Origin: Trichosphaerium sp. ATCC 40318
Lineage: Eukaryota > Protista > Tubulinea
Direction: 5' to 3'
Length of the DNA stretch: 64,000 nt
NCBI GenBank assembly: GCA_038496445.1
Contig: JALMLS010000561.1
Location: 1-64,000 of the forward strand
The notes below the pieces were generated by a model. It was not told the DNA's origin. It did no database searches and worked only from the letters and a program-made list of their open reading frames with translations. The position numbers and the translations under genes are program-made. Of the stretch, positions 38,620 through 51,359 are shown in pieces (the first letter of the stretch is position 1; each line of letters starts with the position of its first letter).

Positions 38620-39000
38620 TTATTTTTGGTTTTGAGCTTTATGCCCATTTTGTCGCGCTCTTCGTTGTTGAAGATGCCTTGTAAAGGCAGAGGCCTTAGC
38701 CACGCGTTTGACACTAGTTTTCACCGTTTTGACTTTGTTCACCGCTTGTAAAACGGCGCACTTGGTCAGTTTCTTACATGAGGCAAGTTTGGAGGCTCTT
38801 CTGTGCTTCTTTGTCCGTTTCGGCTCAGAGGAGGTTGGGTTATTTACCTGCCCTGCATCTGCTCTCGTGCGCGTATTGGCTTGTTGTTGTGCTCTAGCTC
38901 GAGCAATAACATAAGCCCTTCCGCGCCGAGGTTGTCGATGATCATGCCCAGTGATAGCCGATTGGATGAATAGAACGCACGTAAGGAAGAATTTCAGCAT
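38620..39000 (-). CDS. Hypothetical small secreted, highly basic protein
   Basis: ATG, signal-peptide-like MLKFFLTCVLFIQSAITG, Arg/Lys-rich 126-aa ORF; no family recognised. Confidence 0.45.
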   Translation of the reverse strand: MLKFFLTCVLFIQSAITGHDHRQPRRGRAYVIARARAQQQANTRTRADAGQVNNPTSSEPKRTKKHRRASKLASCKKLTKCAVLQAVNKVKTVKTSVKRVAKASAFTRHLQQRRARQNGHKAQNQK

Positions 39001-41138
39001 GATGAAGTAGTGTATGTCGTTGTACTTCTAAGAGCCACCAGAGTTATGAATAAATGAGACTTTCTGAAGATCAGTCAGAAAGAAACCTCTGCAAAAAAAC
39101 ATCACAGGTACCTAAATGTAACGTGAAACGTGCAATGCGCAGGAAAATACGCACAGGAAGACAAATAACATTTAAAAAAAATAACAAGTAAAGATAGGAC
39201 ATACGTAAATCACACTGAGCACAGGCATCATGATTGAGGACTGTAAACCGCTGTTACCTTTGTGACGCTTACGTACCTTTTATCTAAACACTCACTTCTG
39301 TACTGACGCCGTGTACCAAACCAACTCTATAATGGTGTAAAGTAAGGTTGAAAAACAAACCTGTTTCATCACTTCACAAGTACGCGCTGTGTCTGTCCCA
39401 CATCAATTCTTGCGCATATTTTACGGTAGAAGTCTATTACATCAATTGATTTTTGCGCGTAGCGCCCTTTATCTTTTCTCAACCGAGTTTATTTTTGAGC
39501 TAAAAAAAATGCTTGAACTAATCGCTTTCGCCGGTTTCTATCCAAGGCGGCGTTTTTAGTAACAATTGGATCGAGAACTTCGTATCTTCGTACCTTGAGG
39601 TCTTCAATGTGCGCTAAAACGAGATATCAGACCCTGAAATGTAATACCGCACCACTAATCCGTATCCAAACCAGAGGCAGTCTATTTATGAGGCTAAAAT
39701 AAAACAGAAAAGACTAACAAAGAAAATGGACAAAAAAAAGGTCGTAAGATAAATAAGCTCTTTTATGCAACATATGCCAGCTTGACTGAAAAACATACAA
39801 CACAATATAAATAGGAATCAAATACAAAATACAATTTTGGAATATCTGTCAAAAAAACGTGACAATCAAAAATAAACTTTTTTTTTTAGCTTTTACAATT
39901 TTATTACAATGCGCCACCCTGTAAATATCGAACCCTACAAACAATAGTAAGCTATATTAAAGAACACTACATATTTACCGTTCTGCAAGCCAACATCCCT
40001 TATCTCCCAAGCCAATCCTATGAAGCCTAATAACTATTACACCTACAAACTAGCCGTACCCATCCTGTGAATCCATTACCTCTTGTACCTACATATTGTA
40101 AGAGAAGGAAGTACCTTGGCCAATCAATAGTAAATAATCATGAATTATTTATAAAGGGCACAAGATACTAAAATAAAAAGTTGTGGCATCACTCCAGTTT
40201 TACTAAAACGCCTCTAAAGTACGCACACGGCATCTGCACGCACATTCAGTGCGTTCGTTGTAAAAAGATGGAAGATGTGAGTGCGCATTATCATACTACG
40301 CAGTATCCAATTTCGAGTTGCATCAAAAAACCAAACCCACTCATACTTGTTTTTAATACGCTGTAGCTACCATCCACGCGTATTTAACGCCATTGCGAGT
40401 ATATTTACCTTTTCATTGTGTCGCAACAGCTTTTAAATATTGACTTTGTCTAGTAGGCCAACAAACAACGCTCGACCGCTCGTAAAACTGATCCGTTGGT
40501 TCTTTACATCCCTCCTGTCCGATATTTCTAATTGTTATTTGATGAAGTTGTTGGCCAATACACGAAATCTGGTACGCCCATAGATGCACAGTAGAGCATT
40601 AAATAAAATACTACGTGCCGTTACACTCATCTTCGGAAAATCACGTTTGAGTAACCGAAACAGCATCAAAATCCATTTTTTGAGCGTTGAGTCGTTGTGA
40701 AAATACTCAGGGCTTACTACGATCCGTGTTGTAGCGTTTGTAGCAATTTTTTATGTCCACATCGCTGCTTCGAGGTATCGCGCCCTGTGATAACTCTTCT
40801 ACATACCATAGACGCACGAAATAAATATTTAAAGCAGATCCGTTCGAACACGTTTTGCAACCTTTTAAACCATAATCACGTTAGTTTCTAAAACCCTGTA
40901 AAAAGATTGCGCTTTGTTTTGCCACTGCCAAAATAAAAATAGATTTGGTCAGCGAATTTACACAGCAAGAATAGTTTGGCCTGTTTGACTGTGCACCAAC
41001 ACCTTTTAGCACGAAAAACTTATAAAAATATCTACTATTGGACATGTCATCTTTGGTATTTTATAAACATCACGTGTGAACTGGTGGCTTAAACTCGCTT
41101 TATTTTCAGTTTCCCATACCAAAAGAACCTATTTTCGT

Positions 41139-42279
41139 ATGTCTAAGTACAAGATATTAGTTCTAGGCGATAGCCATGTTGGTAAATCAGCGATTATCGT
41201 TCAACTTGTTATGAAAGAGTTTCCAAAGCAATACGAACCAACAATTATAGACACATATACCATAAATTACCCAACAGAACAGGAAATAATAAAACTGGAA
41301 ATAATAGACACAGGAGGAAATGAAAATTACATATCAATGGTTGATGAGGTACGCGCAAAGAGTGTTTGAAGAACAAAATAAAAGAAAAAAAAATACAAAT
41401 CAGATGTTCCCGAATTCGCGAAAGTTTTTCGTCCCTTTAAACACAGGTGCGTTCGTACCGTGTAATAACGGATAATCTGAGTACCGGTGTAATTTTGGAA
41501 CATTTAATTGATGAAAAGTTTGTCGTGTAGGCCCTACAATCGCTTCAACGACTCTATCGATAAATCGATTTACGATTTGTATTTGTTTTTTATTTTTACA
41601 TCACGTGATATATTTCTAACATTATACAACTCTAGTATATCGAATCAGCTCATGGATTTATGCTTGTTTACTCAACTATAAGAAAGAATACATTCAAAAG
41701 CATTGAAGAGCACTACAACAAAATTGTACAGTACGTTCCAATTTGGCTTTTTTTATCTCAAATTCTATAAAAAATCTCTTCAAACACGTGTATGAGTTTA
41801 GGATAAAGGGGAATAAAGATTTTCAAGTCATAATAATTGGAACAAAGAATGATCTACCAGGACGACAAGTACCCGTAGTCAAAGCTGTACAACTTGCTCA
41901 AAAAATCGGATGTTCTTCAGTTGAAACATCACCCAAAAAATTATCTACAATTGATGACGCATATTCTTTGCTTGTTTCAGAGATATACAGGAATAATCCG
42001 ATAGAAGTAATGCCAGAGGCAACAGAGACAACAGAGACAACAGAGACAACAGAAACAACAGAGGCAACAGAGACAAAGTCAAATCCAAGTCCACGCGCCA
42101 GTCCGCGTGGTAGTCCTGTCCAAGCTATCAAAAAGAAGAAAAGGGCATTATCTTCATCTCCTACAAAAGTTCGAAAGAATTCTATTGCATTCCTTAAACA
42201 GAAGACTGGACGCGTGCATAGAACATTATCCTTGTCAAAGAAAAAAAAGAGTGCCACTAAAGTAAAGACTTCTACGTAA
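41139..42279 (+). CDS. Atypical Ras-family GTPase with long C-terminal extension; 3 exons
   Basis: YKILVLGDSHVGKS, YEPTIIDTY, IIDTGGNE, GFMLVYS, IIGTKND, ETSPK. ETT repeat and polybasic tail. Confidence 0.9.
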
Positions 42280-42765
42280 ACTCGTTCGCTTGTTGTTGAT
42301 TATTTCTCTAAAAGTGCTCCAACGTGCGTAGCTATGTTTGTTTCAAAAACAAGTTAAAAAAACAATCAACCGAGTTGCGCAGTGGATAATGTTTGCCCTG
42401 TACTCGCACTACGTTTTTACAGCGCGCACCAGTACCTGCACTAATAAGTGACGCAATTTCATGCGTGTGGTAGTGATAGACATTCTTCTTCATAGGAGCC
42501 ACTTGATATTGATCACTACGCGTATGTCTAAGGTAGCGACTAGTATCAAGAGTGGTGACAGTACTCTCGAAATGAGTGAAGACGCCGAACGTACGACGGA
42601 AGAGCGTAGTTATTGCCTACAAGAATTGTGTTCGGCAAACGGAGTTCAAAGAGTGAAAAAAGCTAAATTCATACAATGCGTTCAGTGAAATGAATACTTG
42701 AAACAAAACCTCAAAAAAATCATAATTCATCAGCGCAAAGCGAGTAACAACAAAACAAACACTAA

Positions 42766-43878
<1,113 letters not shown>

Positions 43879-44143
43879 ATAATATACTGGCTAAAAAATC
43901 GCCACCTGTTAAATAAAACCTTGTATTCTTCTACTTGTTCGTAATTTTTTTTCAATCGTTTGTTATCTACTCCAGGCAAGTCCTAAACGCTCTTTTTTCT
44001 TTTTTTCGAATTCTCATTGCCTTTATTGTCTTAATCACGTGAATGTGTGAACATTTTATTTTCAAATAAATTAGCTACAAGATAGTAAACAACACAAATA
44101 CACAACGAAGACAAAGGATCAATCAAGCTTAATTTAACGTAAA

Positions 44144-45350
44144 ATGGAAGAACAGACACCAAACGCTACGCACAACTTATTGTACCTTACCAGGCTTCCA
44201 GTTGAAGTAATAGTGCATATCTTACGACAAGGATCATATACGCTGCGCTCAGCCCAAACATGCCACTTGTTGCGAGAAATCGTTCATAACCATGTTGGAT
44301 ATCCTAAAATCAATGTTACCAGCGAAAGTGAAGTGAAATTTCTCCATGGGAGTCCATTACTGAAGAACTCAGTTATTTCTTTCAGTCTATTCCATAAAGT
44401 AACCGACAGCCACTTGCAATTACTGGCAGGTGCTCATTCCATCGATTTAAGACTCTGCAGCAAAATAACAGATGAAGGCGTGAAGGCGTTGGCTGGTGTC
44501 CACGTGATTTATTTATCACAAACAAACATAACAGATGAAGGTATAAAGGCATTGTCTGGCGTACACACTATCTACTTAGATTGCACAAATGTAACAGATG
44601 AAGGTGTAAAGGCACTGTCTGGTGTACAAAAAATTGTTTTATCGGAAATAGACATAACAGATGAAGGTTTGAAGCATTGGCTGGTGTACATACAATTTAC
44701 TTAAGGCGCTGTAAGTATATAACAGATGAAGGCGTCAAAGCGTTGGCTGGTGTACATAAAATCAGGTTATCATATACAAAGGTCACTGACAAAGGTTTGA
44801 AGGCGTTGGCTGGTGTACACACTATTCGTTTACGTCATTGTACCTTAGTAACAGATGAAGGTGTAAAGGCATTATCTGGCGTACACACTATCTACTTAGA
44901 TTGCACGAATGTAACAGATGAAGGTATAAAGGCATTGTCTGGTGTACATAAAATTTATTTATCGGAAACAAAGGTAACAGATGAAGGTTTGAAAGCATTG
45001 TCTAGAGCACGCACCATCGACTTATGCTGTTGTGAGTCAATAACAGATGAAGGTTTGACAGCATTGTCTAGCGTAAATACAATTAACTTGAGTCTAACAA
45101 ACGTAACAGACAATGGTATTTCATTGTTGGCTGGTGTACATAAGATATACTTATCACAAACAAATATAACAGATGAAGGTTTGAAGTCATTGTCTGGTGT
45201 ACACTATCTACTTACGTTAGTGTGACTCAATAACAGATGGGGGGGTTTGAAAGCATTGGTGGGTGTGCACACTATCGATTTGTCCAACTGCTACAAGATA
45301 ACATTTGAAGGTGTATCAGTATTAAGTGGCGCATTCAATAGAAATCTAAG
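44144..45350 (+). pseudogene. Second intronless F-box/LRR gene, frameshifted
   Basis: LTRLPVEVIVHILRQ plus the same LRR unit. 1-nt loss near 44672 (ttgaagca vs ttgaaagca), 2-nt loss near 45203, then an in-frame TAG and a G-run slip while the repeats continue to ~45330. Confidence 0.75.
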
Positions 45351-46855
45351 TAACAAAGAATGGAAACACTACTCGTTGAAGGTATCTCCACTTGGCTACT
45401 CTGCTATGCTATAATAAATTTAGTTTTCTCATTAGTATTTGAGTGTATGTTGTTCCACCAATGATTTGCACTTAATAATTCCTGCAGTATGGGCATTATT
45501 GGAGGTGCCAAAAAGATTTTTGCATCTAGTTTTGGCAACTTGTTGCTTGTAAAGAAATCTCACAATTTTTTGTTCTCACTACCCGTCTTTTAATAACTGC
45601 AGTCTCAAACTGTTACTCAAAGTTCGACTATCTTATCACCTACAGCGACTACTTTCGCACAAAACACCAAGTTTGCTTTGTATTTGTTACAACGTCTTAT
45701 TATCAATAATCTTTCGAAAAAACCCATGACAAGAAAAGTAAAAAGGATGTGACAGGTGATCGTGTCAATTGGTTTTAAGTCTCCGGGAAATCCCGGAGAG
45801 GGGGGAGGTAGGAGTTTGAAAGGGCCACATGACACCTCTCAAAGCTCGAATGTCGAAGTAAATTCCGTCGTCGTAGTAATAGTCAGTCATATGATAAGTC
45901 CACTTTCGTCGGTACATCAGCTCGTATTTTAGTAAGTATTTGTTTTGCGTATTGCCGATGGACCAACGGGACGTGTCATATGCTACCACTTGTGACATTA
46001 CTGTCACAGCGAAATAACTCGAAACCCAAGCTAAGAGATTGTGCATGGACGTCTTTTTCAAGACTCCTTTACACGAACACTCAGTACGTAGTAGAGTTAT
46101 ATATTTATGTAGAAGCATTGAACTGCACCTATTTTCACTATCCATTAGTATTGTAGATCATAGCTGTATTTAAAGAAGCCAAACTGACACAGAAAAAAAA
46201 AGTGGTTAAAAAACTTGCGAGATTTCCATTTTTCATCACATTGTACTTTTTCTGTGAATATGTGACTAAATAAGTCAACCGTACGTAGTCAACCATTCAA
46301 GCCTTGGAATTGGTTTATGTTGTGAAAAGAGACGGATTTTATTTCAGACAGGAAGGGTAAGAGAAAAAAACGATTGATGAGCTTTTCAATCAACTTTTTT
46401 TTTTTGAGTCAAACTCTTGTTATTCTCTTGGCGTTTAAACAAAAGAAAAGTAAAATTTATTGTCTATATGTGTTATGCATTCATTCAGATACTTCTTCAC
46501 TGGTTCTTTCTTTAAGCAGATCAAACATTATGCTGGCTAATCGCCAATTGTTAAATAAAACCTGTATTCTGTCAACTCAAGTTTTTACTTTTTTCTCGTT
46601 GCCTGTATTAAGCACTGGTCTGGTAGTATGTTAGCTTCAAGCTTGGTTATCTGGCTCTGTTTTTTGGGGAAAGACGCTGATGATTCGTAAACTTACTTTA
46701 AAAAACGAGTCATTCTATACTTAACAAGTACTTCATTTACAAAGCCATAATTACAAGCTACAGGTGTACAACGAAGAAAAGGCGACAGTAGCTTTAGTTT
46801 GGCTACATGCAGTGTTCTTCTTTTTTTTTAATACGATCGCAAAAAAATGTGCCAT

Positions 46856-48330
46856 TTAACGCTTGACGAAAGTATGCTTTTTACGGGCTTTGACGTATCC
46901 AGACTTTTTACGTTCCTTTTTACGTGGATCACGGTATAAGAAGCCAGCTAGAATAAGAACATAAGAGACGAGTCATTGAGAAAAAAAACAAACAAAAGAA
47001 GCATAACATTTCAAATGATTCAAGAAAAATCGCGATTAATATTTTGGCTCCTGCAGAAGGAAAAACTACGTCAAATATCCGTAGAGCGCCATCCAAGAAG
47101 CCGTGTTATATGATTACGTATATATAAAGAAAAAAAACTTGAACCACAAGTAGAACAAGTGAGGAGAAAAAAACCTTGAAGGGTAAAACAAGTTTTTTTA
47201 AAGGATGCAATAAAACAAAGCATACCGTATTTCATTGGTGCACGGTACTCTGGGTCCATCTTTATCAATGCTTTTGCAAGTGCCATACGTATAGCAGCAG
47301 ATTGTCCTATAACATAGAACCTTTAGATACAACAAAAACACCAAAAACATTTTTTTTTTCACAAAATTTTTTGAATTGAAACATAAAAAAGAAATCAATG
47401 TGGGCCTCGTTATAGGCCTTGCTTCTCTACAATCAACACAAATCGTACCACCACAACCTCCTCCTTTGACGTGACAGTGTATATCAATATGATGGTAAAG
47501 TTCTGTAACCATGAGTGGTTGTATTACGCGATTTCGCGTGAAGAAGTCGTGAAAGTAATATTGAATGCTTTTGTTGTTTATCATGATTTTACCTGTACCA
47601 TTCTTCTTTACAACGACCTGTAACGCTGTTAGTTGATAATAAGACCGTTTTTGGAGTATTCTAACGCAATAATACGTACATTAGCACGAGCTCTCTTTCT
47701 TCTTCCACCGCCAATGGCAACGTCTCTGCCTGGAGGTAGTGGAGCAGGGCGAGGGTCCGCATAGTGCTAGGAGGTGGGTTTAGTCCGACATACAATTAAA
47801 AAAACTTGTCTTTGTCGCTTATTTTGCTCTGGGACCTTTTATACGGTACGTACTACTTTTTTTTGGCGATCATGCTCCATTTTCCATGCAGCATCGATAT
47901 CTTTACGCTCAAGAAGCTCTGGTTGTCTAGGTATAGTTAAAACGCATACGAGTTCGAACTAATAGTGTCCGCTTGAATTAGTGCTAATAAACACATACAG
48001 AACAGGCGAGAATTCATCTTCCTCCGCTGGAGGTATATAAGTGACCTGTTGTACTGTTTGAGGTTTTTCTTTTAGCCAATCACCAAATACTCTCCTCCTG
48101 AGCCCTTTCCAGTTGTAGGAATCCCTGGAGTCGAATATAGTCATATCTCTGTTTTCTCCTTTTTGTGGAGGTTCATCAGCTTTAAAAGCGATGCCGTGTG
48201 GGTAATCCATCTTCTCCACATGCTCTGGGCTCATTTTCTTCACATTCACGTTTCTAACTACCAAACGTGTTTGCGTCTGTCTTGGAGTGTTCCTTGCGTA
48301 GGCACGCCCTACGGTCGCTCTGCACAGCAT
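46856..48330 (-). CDS. MRPS9: Mitochondrial ribosomal protein uS9m; multi-exon
   Basis: Arg-rich presequence MLCRATVGRAYARN. GGGRRKRARA, GTGKIMIN, VKGGGCGGQSAAIRMALAKAL, GFLIRDPRKKERKKSGYVKARKKHTFVKR. Confidence 0.93.
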
Positions 48331-48384
48331 ATTGCCTGGCGTAGAGATTAAAATAATTCGACAAACATTGACTTTCACTTTATT

Positions 48385-51009
48385 TTACACTTTGTCAAGT
48401 ACTTTAACGTTCAGCAACCCGCAAGCAATCTTTAATACCTCTGCAACGGCTATGCATAGTTGTAGACGCGAGGTTTGTTTCTCAGCTCCCAAAACGCGAC
48501 ATCGTTCGTAAAACATTGAAAATCGCCTTATTGTATCGTGAATATAAGTACCAAGGAGATGAGGCTCTAATGTTTCTTCAACACGCTCTAAAACATCGTG
48601 AAGCTCCAGAAGCTTTTTGGCTAGTGTCTATTACGCGTACGTTAGCTCTAGTTCGTAGTTTAAGCTGCTATAAAATCTTGACGTACGATTTCTTCTGGTG
48701 CATACTCAACAGACGGGTCTAGTTCTTCAGCAAACCTTGACGATTCCTCCAGTGTTGGAAGCTCAACATTTTGTTCTACTGCACGTCGCTGAATAGAACG
48801 GATACGCGCGTATGCATACCTACAGCCAAGAGAGAATGTTTTAGATGGTTAATACTAAGTTGGCTTTAGACGTACATGAGGTACATTGCTGTATTCCCTC
48901 TCAAATGAAGCATGTTTTTAAACGTGAATTTGTATGAGTGTTTTCTCATTTGTGCTAATTCAAAGTACTTTATAGCGTTTATAGCTATACTATCAGTTCT
49001 TTCGTTATCAAGTAGTTCTTCATCAGCAGTTCCAGTGCGTTCAGGTTCCTTTAGGATCGTTAAAGACCATCTTGTGGTATTGTGTGCTTGTCCGTACTTG
49101 TTTGAGCTCTTGTTTGAATTCCATGCCTTTAAAACAGAAATCGTTTAGCGCTATTTCTTTACATGTTTAAATGGTCTACAGTACCTTCTCTTTCTTGCAT
49201 GTTACGTGCGATTGTAAAGTCTTGATCAACATGTTGAGCGCGTAGTGTTGACTTTGATGCATGAACAGCAGATTTGGTGTGCTCCAATGCTTCTTCAATC
49301 AACTCTGCTAGTGCCTTTGGGTTACCTTAAAAATTGATTAAGTCACATGTATTTGATTTCATTCTAGTACCATCTCTAGAGCTCAATTTAGAACCTTTTT
49401 CATCTAACATAAGTCCAAACTTAACATGTCTGACTTCTATTGCTTTAGGATCATACCAACCAGCAGTTTGTCCCATCTAAGAGAAGGGTAAACAACTTTA
49501 AGTCACGTGATCGCAAGTTTTTTGTTTGTACTTTGTATACTGAATCGAAATGCTTCTTTTGTGTCTCATCTACGACATATAAAAGTTTATCATATCCTTG
49601 ATTAAGGCGTTGACGTAAAGCAGCTAAATCTGCAGCTGCATACATGAATGTTCCATCACTCCTTTTAATAAATGTTGGAGCAACTTCTTTTTCTTTTAAA
49701 GGAACCATAACGCGACCTTCATCGTCCTTGACGATTATGTTCTACAAAGAGTGTTATGTAAGCAAACACGCAAGCATGGATTAGATGCTTCAGTACCTTT
49801 TGAAGGAGTTCTTCGATAACACTTGGAATTTCATTCGCATAGTATGATTCACCTCTTTCTTCAACTTTGATGTTCAAAGAATCAAAAATTTTATCAAATC
49901 CTTTTCTGGAGAAGAACTGAGGTTAGAAATACCAGTGGTGTCATCTTACACGATTAAAATACCTGCTAGCAGCACATATACCATTCCATAGTTTTGTATA
50001 TTCACTTGTTTTATCACCTGACTGAAGAACACGTAAAATTTCTGCAGTTTTTGTAGAAAAGTCTTTATCTTCTTTTGCAAACGCCTTTGCTTTTGAGTAG
50101 ACTTGAGATAGGTCTTGAGGTGAGGGTAGATCAACTTCACTCAGTGAATCGCATTTAAGAATATCTTTTGCCCACTGTAAATCTTCTTTCATTGCATATG
50201 CTATGACTTGTGCCATGTGTGCGCCAAAATCACCTTGGCAATAAAAACATTTAGTTTTCTTTTTAAAAATAAGTTGCAGGTACTAACCCACGTGACTATA
50301 TCCATGTACTTCATGCCCACGGTATTCATGTACTCGTTTCAAGCTTTCTCCAATAACTGCAGATCGTAGATGACCGACATGAAGCTCTAGAAAGGTATTA
50401 AACAAAACGCTATTATTTAAATGTGATATTTACCTTTTGACATATTTGGTGAGCAATAGTCTATAAGTACTTTTTGTTTTGTAGGATGTGGAGGTAATTC
50501 ATGCATTCTTTTATTAGTAGCTTGTTGCATAATCCAATTTGGATTCATGTCAAATTTAATAAACCCTCTTGGTTCAGTTTTTATGTTCGCAACCATCTAA
50601 AACAGTTGTTTTAACACGTGATTTCAAGATGTAATTCATTCAAAAACAAGAAATAATGTCACACTTTTTTGTGATCATAGCTGCGTTTCTCAACGTCTGT
50701 ATAATTTTCCAAAGAAAGCTAAGGTATTGTTGTTGTTTTAGTAATGCGTACGTTCGTCTTTGGAAGGTTTTCAACGATTTTATCAGCAATTTCTTTAGGT
50801 GACATTGTTTTGCCTATTTTAGTCTTTGCACCTATCCTCATTGCGACACTATCTTGGAAATCCGTGTATTTTCCTTTAGCTACTAATGATACAAACTCTG
50901 GTCCTTCTTCGTCTGGAAATGTTTTTTTGATTGCCTCGTTTACAAGGTTGTGCATCCTTTTTTTTGGCGTTTCGAAGCGTGGTACGGCACTATCATGGTT
51001 CTGTGACAT
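48385..51009 (-). CDS. RARS: Arginyl-tRNA synthetase; multi-exon
   Basis: [19 protein letters not shown] (HIGH), [57 protein letters not shown]-type C-terminus. Start codon uncertain. Confidence 0.95.
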
Positions 51010-51359
51010 AACTAAGAAAAATACTGTACGAATGTCAATATTACGTACGCGTCGGCGAATATATCTATGCTGTAATGCTTTTGAGGACACTCTTAGACTA
51101 GTACACGTTATTTAATACGCTTGGACCTACAAGCATCACTGGTACCTTCTACACACCAACCTAGCGCGTAACATGCTCTCAGTAAGATTTTGAGAGTGAG
51201 TTCTGGTGATTAAAACATCACTTAATCTATACACACGTAAAAACACCTAAACACGCGAGATCAAATGGTTGTCTACGATTTTAAACTTAAGGCAACAAAA
51301 ACAGAAAATTTACTACAATTCACCTATTCATACAAGTTAACGCTTTCTGTCGTAGTTTA

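Noticed and set aside
39900-40290. Apparent exon-intron chain on the minus strand (MRTHIFHLF... / GTRGNGFTGW)
   Set aside because: Every splice combination I tried hits a stop. Possibly a decayed gene or spliced non-coding transcript, but not supportable as a CDS or selenoprotein.
45617-46145. Two overlapping minus-strand ORFs (126 and 72 aa)
   Set aside because: No recognisable motif or splice support; cannot be distinguished from chance or a remnant.
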